Assembly: GCA_040256005.1 (NCBI GenBank)
Contig: JBDZWC010000086.1
Location: forward strand, 1 to 13,074
From: Deinococcaceae bacterium
GTDB taxonomy: Bacteria > Deinococcota > Deinococci > Deinococcales > Trueperaceae
Direction of reading: 5' to 3'
DNA length: 13,074 nt
The notes beneath the pieces were generated by a model. The model had not been told where the DNA came from and made no database searches. It saw only the letters and a program-made list of their open reading frames with translations. A program made the translations under genes and the position numbers. Numbering within the stretch: position 1 is the first letter of the stretch; the number at the start of each line of letters is the position of its first letter. Positions 1 to 8,641 of this stretch are shown here, one piece after another.

Positions 1-890
1 TCCTGGCCGTCGAAGGTGACGATGCGCCGGACCCGCGACCGCCGCCGCGAGGGCAGCACCATGACCTCGTCGCCGACCCTCACGGAGCCGCTGGCGACCG
101 TGCCGGAGTAGCCGCGGAACTCCCTGTCGGGCCGGTTGACGTACTGGACCGGGAACCTGAAGCGGTCGAACTCGTCCACCCGATGGGCGTCGACCGTCTC
201 CAGGTGGCCCAGCAGGGTGGGGCCCTCGTACCACGGGGTCATCTCGCTGGGCACGACGACGTTGTCCCCGCTGAGCGCGCTGATGGGGATGGCCGTCACG
301 AAGCGCTCGCCCGCGAGGCGTGAGACGAAGTCCTCGAAGTCGCGGGCGATCGTCGCGAAGGTGCCCTCGTCGAATCCGACGAGGTCCATCTTGTTGACGA
401 CCAGCGTAAGGTGGCGCACGCCCAGCAGGTCGACGATCGTCGTGTGGCGCTTGGTCTGGGTGACGACGCCCTTGGTCGCGTCGACGAGGATGACGGCCAG
501 CTCCGCGGTGCTGGCGCCCGTGGCCATGTTCCGGGTGTACTGCTCGTGGCCGGGGGTGTCGGCGATGATGAACTTGCGCTTCTCGGTGCTCAGGTAGCGG
601 TAGGCGACGTCGATGGTGATGCGCTGCTCGCGCTCGGCCTGCAGCCCGTCGACGAGCAACGCCAGGTCGGGCGCCTCCCCGGTAGTGCCCCACCGGACGC
701 TGTCGGCGGCTACGGCCGCGAGCTGGTCCTCGTAGACGGCCATGGTGTCGTGCAGGAGGCGGCCGATCAGGGTGCTCTTGCCGTCGTCGACGCTGCCGCA
801 GGTGATGAGCCGCAGCAGGTCCTTCTCCTCGTGCCGCCGTAGGTAGGTCACGACGTCCTCCTGCAGCAGTGAGCGCTCCTGGCCGTTCAT
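1..890 (-). CDS. cysN: Sulfate adenylyltransferase GTPase subunit CysN (possibly bifunctional CysNC/NodQ type), 3' end runs off the window
   Basis: Not in the ORF track. Manual translation from ATG at 890: [49 protein letters not shown]...[19 protein letters not shown]...[22 protein letters not shown]...VVNKMD...PISAL...[11 protein letters not shown]...FRGYSG. All G-domain motifs of CysN are present; the gene lies downstream of cysD. Confidence 0.96.
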   Translation of the reverse strand, partial: MNGQERSLLQEDVVTYLRRHEEKDLLRLITCGSVDDGKSTLIGRLLHDTMAVYEDQLAAVAADSVRWGTTGEAPDLALLVDGLQAEREQRITIDVAYRYLSTEKRKFIIADTPGHEQYTRNMATGASTAELAVILVDATKGVVTQTKRHTTIVDLLGVRHLTLVVNKMDLVGFDEGTFATIARDFEDFVSRLAGERFVTAIPISALSGDNVVVPSEMTPWYEGPTLLGHLETVDAHRVDEFDRFRFPVQYVNRPDREFRGYSGTVASGSVRVGDEVMVLPSRRRSRVRRIVTFDGQ

Positions 891-1003
891 GCGACCGCCC
901 GGAGCGAATGCGGGTGAGGCGTGCCCGTCGAGGACGTGACCAGGGAGGACGTGCCCAGGTAGTGGGTGCCTAGCGAAGACGTGCCCGGCGAGAACGTGCC
1001 CAT
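887..1003 (-). CDS. Putative 38-aa Ser/Thr-rich pentapeptide-repeat small protein ([38 protein letters not shown])
   Basis: ATG (1003-1001) overlaps the cysD stop as TGATG; its TGA (889-887) overlaps the cysN ATG as ATGA. 32 of 37 internal codons end in G/C. The two GTSSL units differ only at synonymous positions. Confidence 0.55.
   Translation of the reverse strand: MGTFSPGTSSLGTHYLGTSSLVTSSTGTPHPHSLRAVA
911..1000 (-). repeat. Six degenerate tandem 15-bp repeats, consensus approx. GGCACGTCCTCGCYG
   Basis: Minus-strand units: GGCACGTTCTCGCCG / GGCACGTCTTCGCTA / GGCACCCACTACCTG / GGCACGTCCTCCCTG / GTCACGTCCTCGACG / GGCACGCCTCACCCG; exact 15-nt period, no spacers. Confidence 0.92.
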
Positions 1004-1950
1004 CAGAAGTAACCTTGTCGCTTCTTGATCTCCATGCTACCAGCCTGATCGCTGTCGATGACCCGCCCCTGGCGTTCGCTGGTACGGGCGAGCAGCGTCT
1101 CCTGCACGACCTTCTCCAGCGTGTCGGCCGTTGACCGCACCGCCCCCGTCAGCGGGTAGCAGCCAAGGGTCCGGAACCGCACCGACTCCATGCGCGGTCG
1201 TTCACCGTCAGACAGCGGCATGCGGTCGTCGTCCACCATGATCAGGACGCCGTCGCGCTCCACGACCGGTCTCTCGGCCGCCAGGTACAGCGGCACGACC
1301 GGGATCCTCTCGACCAGGATGTACAGCCAGACGTCCAGCTCTGTCCAGTTCGAGAGCGGGAACACTCGCATGGACTCTCCGTCGTGGACCTTGGTGTTGT
1401 AGATGTTCCAGAGCTCGGGCCGCTGGTTGCGTGGGTCCCAGCCGTGGTTGGCGTCCCGGAACGAGAAGATCCGCTCCTTGGCCCGGCTCTTCTCCTCGTC
1501 CCGCCTGGCGCCGCCGAAGGCGGCGTCGAACCCGTTCTTCGTCAGCGCCTGCTTGAGGCTCTCGGTCTTCATGACGTCGGTGTAGACCCTGGAACCGTGG
1601 GTGAAGGGCGTCACGCCTTGCCTGACCCCGTCCTCGTTGACGTGCACGATGAGCTCCATGCCCACCTCGCGGGCACGCCGGTCGCGGAACGCAATCATGT
1701 CCTTGAACTTCCACGTCGTGTCCACGTGCAGCAGGGGGAAGGGCGGCTTGCCGGGGTAGAAGGCCTTGAGGGCGAGGTGGAGCATCACGCTCGAGTCCTT
1801 GCCGATGGAGTAGAGCATGACCGGGTTCTCGCACTCGGCAGCGACCTCGCGCATGATGTGGATCGACTCCGCCTCCAGTTGGCGAAGGTGGCTGAGGCCA
1901 CGTCCGTCTTCCGAAGCGCGCGACTCCAGCCGTGTATCGGTACGGTGCAC
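1003..1950 (-). CDS. cysD: Sulfate adenylyltransferase subunit 2 CysD
   Basis: [20 protein letters not shown]-loop [59 protein letters not shown]-terminal KKRQGYF. GTG start lies 1 nt after the cysQ stop with an SD-like GAGGTG upstream. Confidence 0.98.
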   Translation of the reverse strand: MHRTDTRLESRASEDGRGLSHLRQLEAESIHIMREVAAECENPVMLYSIGKDSSVMLHLALKAFYPGKPPFPLLHVDTTWKFKDMIAFRDRRAREVGMELIVHVNEDGVRQGVTPFTHGSRVYTDVMKTESLKQALTKNGFDAAFGGARRDEEKSRAKERIFSFRDANHGWDPRNQRPELWNIYNTKVHDGESMRVFPLSNWTELDVWLYILVERIPVVPLYLAAERPVVERDGVLIMVDDDRMPLSDGERPRMESVRFRTLGCYPLTGAVRSTADTLEKVVQETLLARTSERQGRVIDSDQAGSMEIKKRQGYF

Positions 1951-1951
1951 T

Positions 1952-2788
1952 TCAGTTCACCTCGGGTAGGAAAGCTTCCGCGGCGTAGACGGCCACGAAG
2001 CTGGGGTTGACTAGCGACCTCAACGGGTAGCGCAGCGGCTCGCCGTCTGCGAGCCCCAGCATGGCACCCCCCGCGGCCTCGAGGACCGCCTGCGCCGCGG
2101 CGGTGTCCCAGGCCATGGTCGGCCCCAGGCGCGGGTAGTAGTGTGCCGTCCCCTCGGCCACCAGGCAGGCCTTGAGCGCGCTGCCGCGGGTCATACGCTC
2201 GGCGCTGCCGAAACGTCGCTCCAGCGCGGCCACGTACCGCTCGGTCTCGGCGCCGGCGTGTGAGCGGCTGACCGCGACCGTTACCCCTGCCACCGGGGGC
2301 GCCACCTTCACCGGGGTCCGCTCGCCGGCGGGGCCGAGACGCCACGCCTCGCCGGCCATCACGTCCCCCAGGTAACTCGTGCCCGGCACCGGGGCGTGGA
2401 CGATGCCGAGGACCGGAGCAGCGTCGTCGACGAGCGCCACGTTGACGGTGAACTCACCGTTGCGCTTCACGAACTCCTTGGTGCCGTCGAGGGGATCGAC
2501 CAGCCAGAACCTGCGCCAGGTCTCCCGGACCTCCGCCGGGTGCTCGTCGGAGGACTCCTCTGACAGGACGGGCACCGCGGGCGCCAGCCGCCGCAACCCG
2601 CTCACCAGGATGTCGTGTGAACGGCGGTCGGCGAGCGTGAGCGGCGAACCGTCGCTCTTGGACTCCACCGCGAAGTCGCCCGAGTAGACCTCCAGGATCG
2701 CCTTCCCGGCGCGCTCGACCAGCTCCACCAGGCCAGCGAGAAGAGCATGGTCTACCTGGGACCCCGTTGGTAGGCTCGGTGCCGACAT
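1952..2788 (-). CDS. cysQ: 3'(2'),5'-bisphosphate nucleotidase CysQ (PAP phosphatase, inositol monophosphatase superfamily)
   Basis: [46 protein letters not shown] motifs. Start moved from 2860 to ATG 2788, which removes the overlap with the permease and has TAGGCT 7 nt upstream. Confidence 0.95.
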   Translation of the reverse strand: MSAPSLPTGSQVDHALLAGLVELVERAGKAILEVYSGDFAVESKSDGSPLTLADRRSHDILVSGLRRLAPAVPVLSEESSDEHPAEVRETWRRFWLVDPLDGTKEFVKRNGEFTVNVALVDDAAPVLGIVHAPVPGTSYLGDVMAGEAWRLGPAGERTPVKVAPPVAGVTVAVSRSHAGAETERYVAALERRFGSAERMTRGSALKACLVAEGTAHYYPRLGPTMAWDTAAAQAVLEAAGGAMLGLADGEPLRYPLRSLVNPSFVAVYAAEAFLPEVN

Positions 2789-2795
2789 CCGAGCA

Positions 2796-2801
2796 AGCCT
2801 A
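2796..2801 (-). promoter_or_regulatory. Putative -10 element (TAGGCT) of a leaderless cysQ transcript
   Basis: Minus strand reads TAGGCT-tgctcgg-ATG: TANNNT, 7 nt, start codon, with no SD. Confidence 0.6.
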
Positions 2802-2814
2802 ACCGGTGAGGCTA

Positions 2815-4578
2815 CTATGTCCCCCAGATCAAGGGCACCAACAACACGGTCATCGCGCACGTGAGCGCGGTCAGAGGCACCCCGATGCGGACGAAGTCGG
2901 AGAACCTGTACCCTCCGGGGCCGTAGACCATGAGGTTCGTCTGATAGCCGATCGGCGTGATGAAGCTGTTCGACGCCGCCATCATGATCGTGACGGCGAA
3001 GGGGACGACGCTGATGTCCATCGCGTTCGCCATCGACAACGCGACGGGGAACATCAGGGCGGCGGCGGCGTTGTTCGTGACCAGCTCGGTCACGACGACC
3101 GTGACCAGGTAGAGCAGAAGGACGCTCAGGTGCAGGTCGTTCGCGCCCAGGTGCGACAGCTGGTTCGCCAGCATCGTGGTGACCCCGGTGACCTCGAGCG
3201 CGCGGCCGATACCGATGGCAGCGCCGATGGTGATGAGCACCGGCCAGTCGATGGCCTGCCTGGCGGCGTCGGTGGAGACGCAGCGCAGCACCACCATCGT
3301 CACGGCCGCCAGCAGGCCGGCCACGACGATGGGAAGCAGGCCCGTGGTCGCGACGAACATCAGGCCCGCCAGGACGAGCGCCGAGGCGCCCATGCGCTCG
3401 TAGCGCGGCGGCGAGGAGTCTGGGACGGGACTGACGAGATAGAAGTCGCGGACGTTGCGGTGCGTCTCGACGAAGGCAGGGTCGGCCTCCAGGAGCAGGG
3501 TGTCGCCCGGACGCAGCACGACGTCACCCACCCGCTGGCGCAAGCGCCTCCCGTTGCGAGCCACGGCCACGACCACGGCGCCGTAGAGGCTGCGGAAACG
3601 CCCCTCCCTGATCGTGCGACCCACCATCGGGCCGCTGTCGGACACGACCGCCTCGACGAGGATGCGGTCGGTACGAGGGCCGCTGAGCTTGAACACCTGG
3701 CCGTCGGCCGGCGCCAGCCCCGGCGTCTTCTGGAGGTCGACGACGGCGTCGACTACGCCCAGGAACAGGAGCCGGTCACCGGCCTCGAGCGTCATGGCGG
3801 GTGACGCCTGCTCGCGCGCGCCCTGGCGGTCCACCTCGAACAGCGTCACCTCGCCCAGCGCGTCAAGCCCGGCCTCGGCGACGGTCTTCCCGTCCAACGG
3901 TCCGCCCTCCACCACGGTCATCTCGACCGAGTACTCGCGCGCATCAGCCACCTTCTGCGCGACGGGCAGACGTTCGGGTATCAACCACTTGGCGACGACG
4001 GCTATGAAGACGACACCGACGATCGCCGTCGGCAGGCCTACCGGCGTGATGGCGAAGATTCCCAGGCCCTCGCCGGCCTGTTGCCTAAGCAACCCGTGCA
4101 CGACGAGGTTCGTGCTGGTGCCGATGAGCGTTATGGTCCCGCCGAGGACCGCCGCGTGCGAGAGCGGCATGAGCAGGTGCGAGACCGAGATGCCCTGCTT
4201 GCGCGCCCACTCGGACACCGTCGGGATCATCACCGCCACCACGGGCGTGTTGTTGAGCAGCGCGGAGATGAACGTCACCGGGACCATCATCCGGACCTGA
4301 GCGGCGCGGACGCTGCTGGGCCTGCCGAGTAGCCTCGAGCTGAGCCACCTGACCGCTCCGGTCTCCCGCAGACCGGCGGCGACGACGTACATGGCGCCGA
4401 CGGTGATGAGCCCCTCGTTCGCGAAGCCGCCGAGAGCCGTCTCCAGCGGCATCACGCCCAGCAGCATGAGCACGACGAGCGCGGTGAGGAACACGAAGTC
4501 CGGCGCCGCCCGGGAGAAGGCGAGCACGGCCAGGGCTGAAGCGGCCACGAGCGAAGCTATGACGGCGTCGACTGGCAC
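2815..4578 (-). CDS. SLC13/DASS family permease with two TrkA-C (RCK_C) domains; probable sulfate transporter from context
   Basis: Hydrophobic N- and C-terminal halves with SALLNNTPVV, LGGTITLIGTSTNL, TELVTNNAAA and SFITPIGYQTNLMVYGPGGYRFSDF. Central soluble region has two RCK_C-like units (GPLDGKTVAEAGL; GPMVGRTIREGRFRSLYGAVVVAVAR). GGAGG SD at 4586-4590. Confidence 0.92.
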   Translation of the reverse strand: MPVDAVIASLVAASALAVLAFSRAAPDFVFLTALVVLMLLGVMPLETALGGFANEGLITVGAMYVVAAGLRETGAVRWLSSRLLGRPSSVRAAQVRMMVPVTFISALLNNTPVVAVMIPTVSEWARKQGISVSHLLMPLSHAAVLGGTITLIGTSTNLVVHGLLRQQAGEGLGIFAITPVGLPTAIVGVVFIAVVAKWLIPERLPVAQKVADAREYSVEMTVVEGGPLDGKTVAEAGLDALGEVTLFEVDRQGAREQASPAMTLEAGDRLLFLGVVDAVVDLQKTPGLAPADGQVFKLSGPRTDRILVEAVVSDSGPMVGRTIREGRFRSLYGAVVVAVARNGRRLRQRVGDVVLRPGDTLLLEADPAFVETHRNVRDFYLVSPVPDSSPPRYERMGASALVLAGLMFVATTGLLPIVVAGLLAAVTMVVLRCVSTDAARQAIDWPVLITIGAAIGIGRALEVTGVTTMLANQLSHLGANDLHLSVLLLYLVTVVVTELVTNNAAAALMFPVALSMANAMDISVVPFAVTIMMAASNSFITPIGYQTNLMVYGPGGYRFSDFVRIGVPLTALTCAMTVLLVPLIWGT

Positions 4579-4698
4579 TACCGGCCCTCCTGTGTCGCGC
4601 TAGTCCAGCAGCTTGGGGTCGTCTCTCCCGATGCTAGGGGAGCGCGATTAGCGCCCCGTACGGACGGTCTCATCTAGCTAGTTAGAGTGGTCTAGTTT
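4579..4698. promoter_or_regulatory. Divergent promoter region between the sulfate cassette and wzx
   Basis: 120-bp gap between divergent genes, AT-richer than the flanks. Candidate -10 TAGCAT (minus, 4631-4636) and TAGAGT (plus, 4683-4688); SD GGAGG (minus, 4586-4590). Confidence 0.6.
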
Positions 4699-5976
4699 AT
4701 GTCGCGGCTGCGGAACGTCGGGATGCTCGCTGTCGGCACCGCCGCCGGTCACGTCGTCAGCATACTGGCGGCGCCGCTGCTGACGCGAGTCTATTCCCCA
4801 GCCGACTTCGGGCTCCTCGCCGTGTTCACCGCCGTCACCGCCATCGCCAGCGTCGCGGTGTCGTTGCGGCTGGGACTGGCTGTAGCCGTGCCGGCCGAGA
4901 ACGAGGAGGGCATAGAGATCGTCCTCGTGGGCGTGATGCTCGTGGCCGTGATGGCGGCGCTCTCCGCCATCCTCGTCGCGCTGTTCGGTGGCCAGCTCGC
5001 CGCCCTGCTCGGCGCGCCGGAGCTCCGGCCGCTACTGGCGTTCCTGCCGCTGTACCTAGGATCGGCCGGCATCTTCAACATGCTCAACTTCTGGTTCGCG
5101 CGGGAGAACCGCTTCGGCCCGGTGGCTGCGCTCAACACGATCCGTGGCGTGCTCGTCGCCGCTGCCCAGTACCTGCTGGGCGTCCTGCGCACGGGCGCCG
5201 CCGGGCTCGTCGCCGGCCACGTGGCCGGTCAGGTGGTGCAGGCCGTCGGCCTCCTGGCCGTCAGCTCCCGCATCAAGGACAAGATGCTGGTGGGCAGCCT
5301 CGACTGGCGACGGGTGAGGACCGTCCTCGGCAAGTACCGCATGTTCATCCTCTACGGCACGCCGCAGGCGCTGGTGAACGCGTTCAACCAGAGCATGCCC
5401 GCGCTGGTGCTGACGGCCACCTTCGGGGCGAGCGTGGCCGGCTTCTACCTGATGGCTCACCGTCTCGTCTCGGCTCCCGTCTCGCTGGTGGGACGCTCGG
5501 TGCGCCAGGTCATCTATCCGCAGCTCGCCAGGGCCTTCGACAAGGGCGAGGCGTCGCGGTCCGCCACCAGGACGACGCTAGCCATGGCTGCGCTGGCCGT
5601 GCCGGCGGCGGCCGTGATCTTCGTGTTCGGGCCGTCACTCTTCGCCTGGCTGCTGGGCGCGCAGTGGCGCGAGGCCGGCGAGTTCGCGCGCTGGCTGATC
5701 CTGTGGCTGGCCGTGGGCTTCGTGAACATCCCGTCCGTGAGCCTGATCCCGCTGCTCGACATGCAGCGCTGGCACCTCGTGTACGAGGTCGTCTACCTGG
5801 GGGCCCGGCTCGCCGCCCTGCTCATAGGTACCCAGCAGAACGACGTCCAGCTCGGCATCATCCTCTTCGCGATGGTGGGTGCGACCTTCAACGTCGTGCT
5901 CATCTTCGCGCCACTCGTGAGGCTGCGGGCCATGGAGCGGGACAGGCAGGACCCCGCACTGTCCACCCCGGCGTAG
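4699..5976 (+). CDS. wzx: Wzx-type oligosaccharide flippase (MOP/PST family)
   Basis: Many hydrophobic segments. N-terminal LRNVGMLAVGTAAGHVVSILAAPLLTRVYSPADFG and internal FGASVAGFYLMAHRL...QVIYP and GAQWREAG motifs are typical of polysaccharide flippases. Confidence 0.88.
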   Translation: MSRLRNVGMLAVGTAAGHVVSILAAPLLTRVYSPADFGLLAVFTAVTAIASVAVSLRLGLAVAVPAENEEGIEIVLVGVMLVAVMAALSAILVALFGGQLAALLGAPELRPLLAFLPLYLGSAGIFNMLNFWFARENRFGPVAALNTIRGVLVAAAQYLLGVLRTGAAGLVAGHVAGQVVQAVGLLAVSSRIKDKMLVGSLDWRRVRTVLGKYRMFILYGTPQALVNAFNQSMPALVLTATFGASVAGFYLMAHRLVSAPVSLVGRSVRQVIYPQLARAFDKGEASRSATRTTLAMAALAVPAAAVIFVFGPSLFAWLLGAQWREAGEFARWLILWLAVGFVNIPSVSLIPLLDMQRWHLVYEVVYLGARLAALLIGTQQNDVQLGIILFAMVGATFNVVLIFAPLVRLRAMERDRQDPALSTPA

Positions 5977-5983
5977 CAGCTCG

Positions 5984-6889
5984 CTACCCGCCGGAAAGTC
6001 CCGTCCCGAACGACCTCTCGGCGACGAGGCTGCGCAGGTAGCGACCGTACGGGTTGCTGGCGCCGTAGGAGTCGGCGAGCGCCAGGAGCCGATCGGCGGT
6101 TATCCACCCCTGCCTGAAGGCCACCTCCTCGGGGCACGCGATCTTCGTGCCTTGACGCGCCTCCAGGGTCTCCACGAAGTTCGCCGCCTGCAGCAGGCTC
6201 TCATGGGTGCCGGTGTCGAGCCAGGCCATGCCGCGTCCCATGAGCTCCACGCGCAACCGGCCCTCCGCCAGGTAGAGGCGGTTTAGGTCGGTGATCTCGA
6301 GCTCGCCGCGTGGCGAAGGGGACAGCCCGCGCGCCTTGCGCGGGGCGTCGGCGGGATAGAAGTAGAGACCCGTCACGGCGTGGTCGCTGCGCGGTGAAGA
6401 CGGCTTCTCCTGGATGTCGGTGACGCGGCCCTCGGCGTCGAAGTCCACGACCCCGTAGCGCTGGGGGTCGGTGACGCGGTACCCGAACACGGTGGCGTCG
6501 TCCTCGCGCTGCGCAACGCCCTGAAGCATCCCGGACAGCCCGTAACCGTGGAAGAGGTTGTCGCCCAAGATCAGTGCGGAGCGGCTGCCGCTCAGGAACC
6601 GCTCGCCGATTATCAGCGCCTGCGCCAGGCCCTCGGGCCGGGGCTGCTCGGCGTAGTCGAAACTCATCCCCCAGGCGGAGCCGTCGCCGAGGAGCGCCCT
6701 GAACAGCGGCAGGTCGCGGGGGGTCGAGATGATGAGCGCCTCGCGGATGCCGGCCAGCATCAGCACGCTCAGCGGGTAGTAGATCATCGGCTTGTCGTAG
6801 ACGGGCATGAGCTGCTTGCTGACCGCTAACGTGGCGGGGTAGAGCCGCGTGCCGCTGCCGCCGGCCAGGACGATGCCCTTCAGGCTCAC
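5984..6889 (-). CDS. rmlA: Glucose-1-phosphate thymidylyltransferase RmlA/RfbA
   Basis: [58 protein letters not shown]. True start is GTG at 6889, overlapping the rmlB stop (GTGA). Confidence 0.97.
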   Translation of the reverse strand: MSLKGIVLAGGSGTRLYPATLAVSKQLMPVYDKPMIYYPLSVLMLAGIREALIISTPRDLPLFRALLGDGSAWGMSFDYAEQPRPEGLAQALIIGERFLSGSRSALILGDNLFHGYGLSGMLQGVAQREDDATVFGYRVTDPQRYGVVDFDAEGRVTDIQEKPSSPRSDHAVTGLYFYPADAPRKARGLSPSPRGELEITDLNRLYLAEGRLRVELMGRGMAWLDTGTHESLLQAANFVETLEARQGTKIACPEEVAFRQGWITADRLLALADSYGASNPYGRYLRSLVAERSFGTGLSGG

Positions 6890-7983
6890 GGACGGTCGCC
6901 CGTCGCCTTCCCGGTGCCGGCCGTGCCGAGGCGCTCGAGGCCGTAGCGGCCCCGCGTGACGGCGTCCAGCCAGTCGCGATGGTCGAGGTACCAGGCCACG
7001 GTGTGGCGCAGGCCGCGCTCGAACTCCACCGCCGGCTGCCATCCCAAGCTCGACCTGGCCTTCGACGTGTCGACCGCGTACCTGAAGTCGTGCCCGGGCC
7101 GATCCGGCACCTGGGTGATTAGCTCACGATGGTTCCGGCCCGAGGGAGCCAGCTCGTCCACCAGGTCCATCAGCGCGTCCAGCACGGCGCGGTTCGAGCG
7201 TTCGTTGCCGCCGCCGATCAGGTAGACGTCGCCCGGCGTCCCTCTGGCGGCCGCGGCGATCAGGGCGTCGGCGTGGTCGTCGACGTGCAGCCAGTCGCGG
7301 ACGTTCTCGCCCGTGCCGTAGAGAGGCACGCTCTCGCCGCGCAACGCCCGCCCGAGGGCGAGCGGGATGAGCTTCTCCGGGAACTGGTAGGGGCCGTAGT
7401 TGTTCGAGGCGTGGGTGGTGACGACGGGCACGCCGAAGGTGTGGGCGTAGGCGCTCATCAGGTGGTCAGCGCCCGCCTTCGAGGCGCTGTAGGGGGAGCG
7501 CGGGGCGAACGGCGTGCTCTCGGTGAACGCGCCCTCTTTCCCCAGCGAGCCGTAGACCTCGTCGGTGGAGACGTTCACGAGCCTGAACGCGTCGCGCTCC
7601 TCGGGGCTGGCCTCAGCCAGGTAGGCCCTGACGGCCTCCAGCAGGCGCAGCGCGCCCACGACGTTGGACTGCACGAACGCCTCGGGGCCGTCGATCGAGC
7701 GGTCGACGTGCGTCTCGGCTGCCAGATGGAAGACCGTGCGCGGCCGCTCGGCGCGTAGCAGGTCCAGGACGGGGCCTTGCTCCCTCACGTCGAGGTGCAC
7801 GAAGCGGTGGCTCGGCTCGCCGCCGGCCGGTTCGAGGCGGGAGACGTCGCCGGCGTAGGTGAGGGCGTCGAGGCTGACGACGCGCCCGGAGCCCAGCCCC
7901 GTCAGGCGCCTCACCAGGGCGGACCCGATGAACCCGGCCGCCCCCGTGACCAGGGTCGTGCCGAGAGAAGCTACGTCTGACAC
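6886..7983 (-). CDS. rmlB: dTDP-glucose 4,6-dehydratase RmlB/RfbB
   Basis: [71 protein letters not shown]. Confidence 0.97.
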   Translation of the reverse strand: MSDVASLGTTLVTGAAGFIGSALVRRLTGLGSGRVVSLDALTYAGDVSRLEPAGGEPSHRFVHLDVREQGPVLDLLRAERPRTVFHLAAETHVDRSIDGPEAFVQSNVVGALRLLEAVRAYLAEASPEERDAFRLVNVSTDEVYGSLGKEGAFTESTPFAPRSPYSASKAGADHLMSAYAHTFGVPVVTTHASNNYGPYQFPEKLIPLALGRALRGESVPLYGTGENVRDWLHVDDHADALIAAAARGTPGDVYLIGGGNERSNRAVLDALMDLVDELAPSGRNHRELITQVPDRPGHDFRYAVDTSKARSSLGWQPAVEFERGLRHTVAWYLDHRDWLDAVTRGRYGLERLGTAGTGKATGDRP

Positions 7984-7990
7984 GCCTGAG

Positions 7991-7996
7991 ACGTTA
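7991..7996 (-). promoter_or_regulatory. Putative -10 element (TAACGT) of a leaderless rmlBA transcript
   Basis: Minus strand reads TAACGT-ctcaggc-GTG: TANNNT, 7 nt, start codon, inside a 97-bp intergenic gap. Confidence 0.6.
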
Positions 7997-8080
7997 CCAG
8001 GAGCGCCGTAGCCGGCGTCGCCCGCTCGCTGGGGCCAGGAGGATCGCTACCGGGTGCACGACACATGTAGACGTAGGTCG

Positions 8081-8641
8081 CTACGGGAGCGGCGGGCCGT
8101 CCGCCAGCGTGGGCAGCGCGGCGTCCCGAGGCGACGTGACGGGGCTGACGCCCGGCCCCAACCTCTCCAGCTCCCAGTCGATGCCGAGGTCTGGGTCGTC
8201 CCACCTGATCCCGCCCTCGTGGGCGGGCGCATGGTAGGCGTCCACCTTGTAGAGCACGTCGCACTGGTCGGCCAGCGCCAGGAAGCCGTGCGCGAAGCCG
8301 GGCGGGACCCACAGCTGGGCATGCCGCTCGTCGTCGAGCACCACCTTGAGATGAGCCAGGTAGGTGGGCGAGCCGCGCCGCAGGTCGACGATCACGTCCA
8401 ACACGCGGCCGCGCACCACGCTGACGAGCTTGCCCTGAGCGTGGGGCTCGCGCTGGAAGTGCAGGCCCCTGAGCGCGCCCCTGCGCGTGCGCGACAGGTT
8501 GTCCTGCACGAACCGCGCCGCGACGCCGGCGGTCGCCAGCGCGTCCTCGCGCCAGCGCTCGAGGAAGTAGCCGCGGTCGTCACGATGGACGGTGGGAGTG
8601 ACGAGAACGGGGCCCTCGAGCCCCAGCCTCTCGACGATCAT
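8081..8641 (-). CDS. rmlC: dTDP-4-dehydrorhamnose 3,5-epimerase RmlC/RfbC
   Basis: DDRGYF, FVQDNLS, GALRGLHFQ, QGKLV, DVIVDLRRGSPTY, LWVPPGFAHGF, GIRWDDPDLGIDW. True start is ATG at 8641, overlapping the rmlD stop (ATGA). Confidence 0.96.
   Translation of the reverse strand: MIVERLGLEGPVLVTPTVHRDDRGYFLERWREDALATAGVAARFVQDNLSRTRRGALRGLHFQREPHAQGKLVSVVRGRVLDVIVDLRRGSPTYLAHLKVVLDDERHAQLWVPPGFAHGFLALADQCDVLYKVDAYHAPAHEGGIRWDDPDLGIDWELERLGPGVSPVTSPRDAALPTLADGPPLP

Noticed and set aside
911..1000. CRISPR array or sigma-54 promoter interpretation of the GGCAC repeats
   Set aside because: Units are contiguous 15-mers with no unique spacers and no cas genes; no TTGC -12 box follows the GGCAC cores.
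995..1020. Programmed +1 frameshift at the cysD end (TAC TTC TGA) fusing CysD to the open cysN frame
   Set aside because: GYF-stop is the standard CysD C-terminus, UUC to UCU re-pairing is poor, and there is no strong prfB-like internal SD.
2789..2860. N-terminal extension of CysQ given by the ORF track
   Set aside because: It overlaps the permease 3' end; ATG 2788 has a well-placed -10 motif and gives a normal length.
6890..7042. N-terminal extension of RmlA given by the ORF track
   Set aside because: It lies inside rmlB in another frame; GTG 6889 gives a GTGA coupling right before the conserved KGIVLAGG.
7971..8322. Small ORFs 7971..8312 and 8047..8322 crossing the rmlC-rmlB gap
   Set aside because: They lie mostly inside rmlC in other frames, have low-complexity Arg/Ala/Pro/Ser composition, and show no coupling signals like those of the cysD-cysN sORF.
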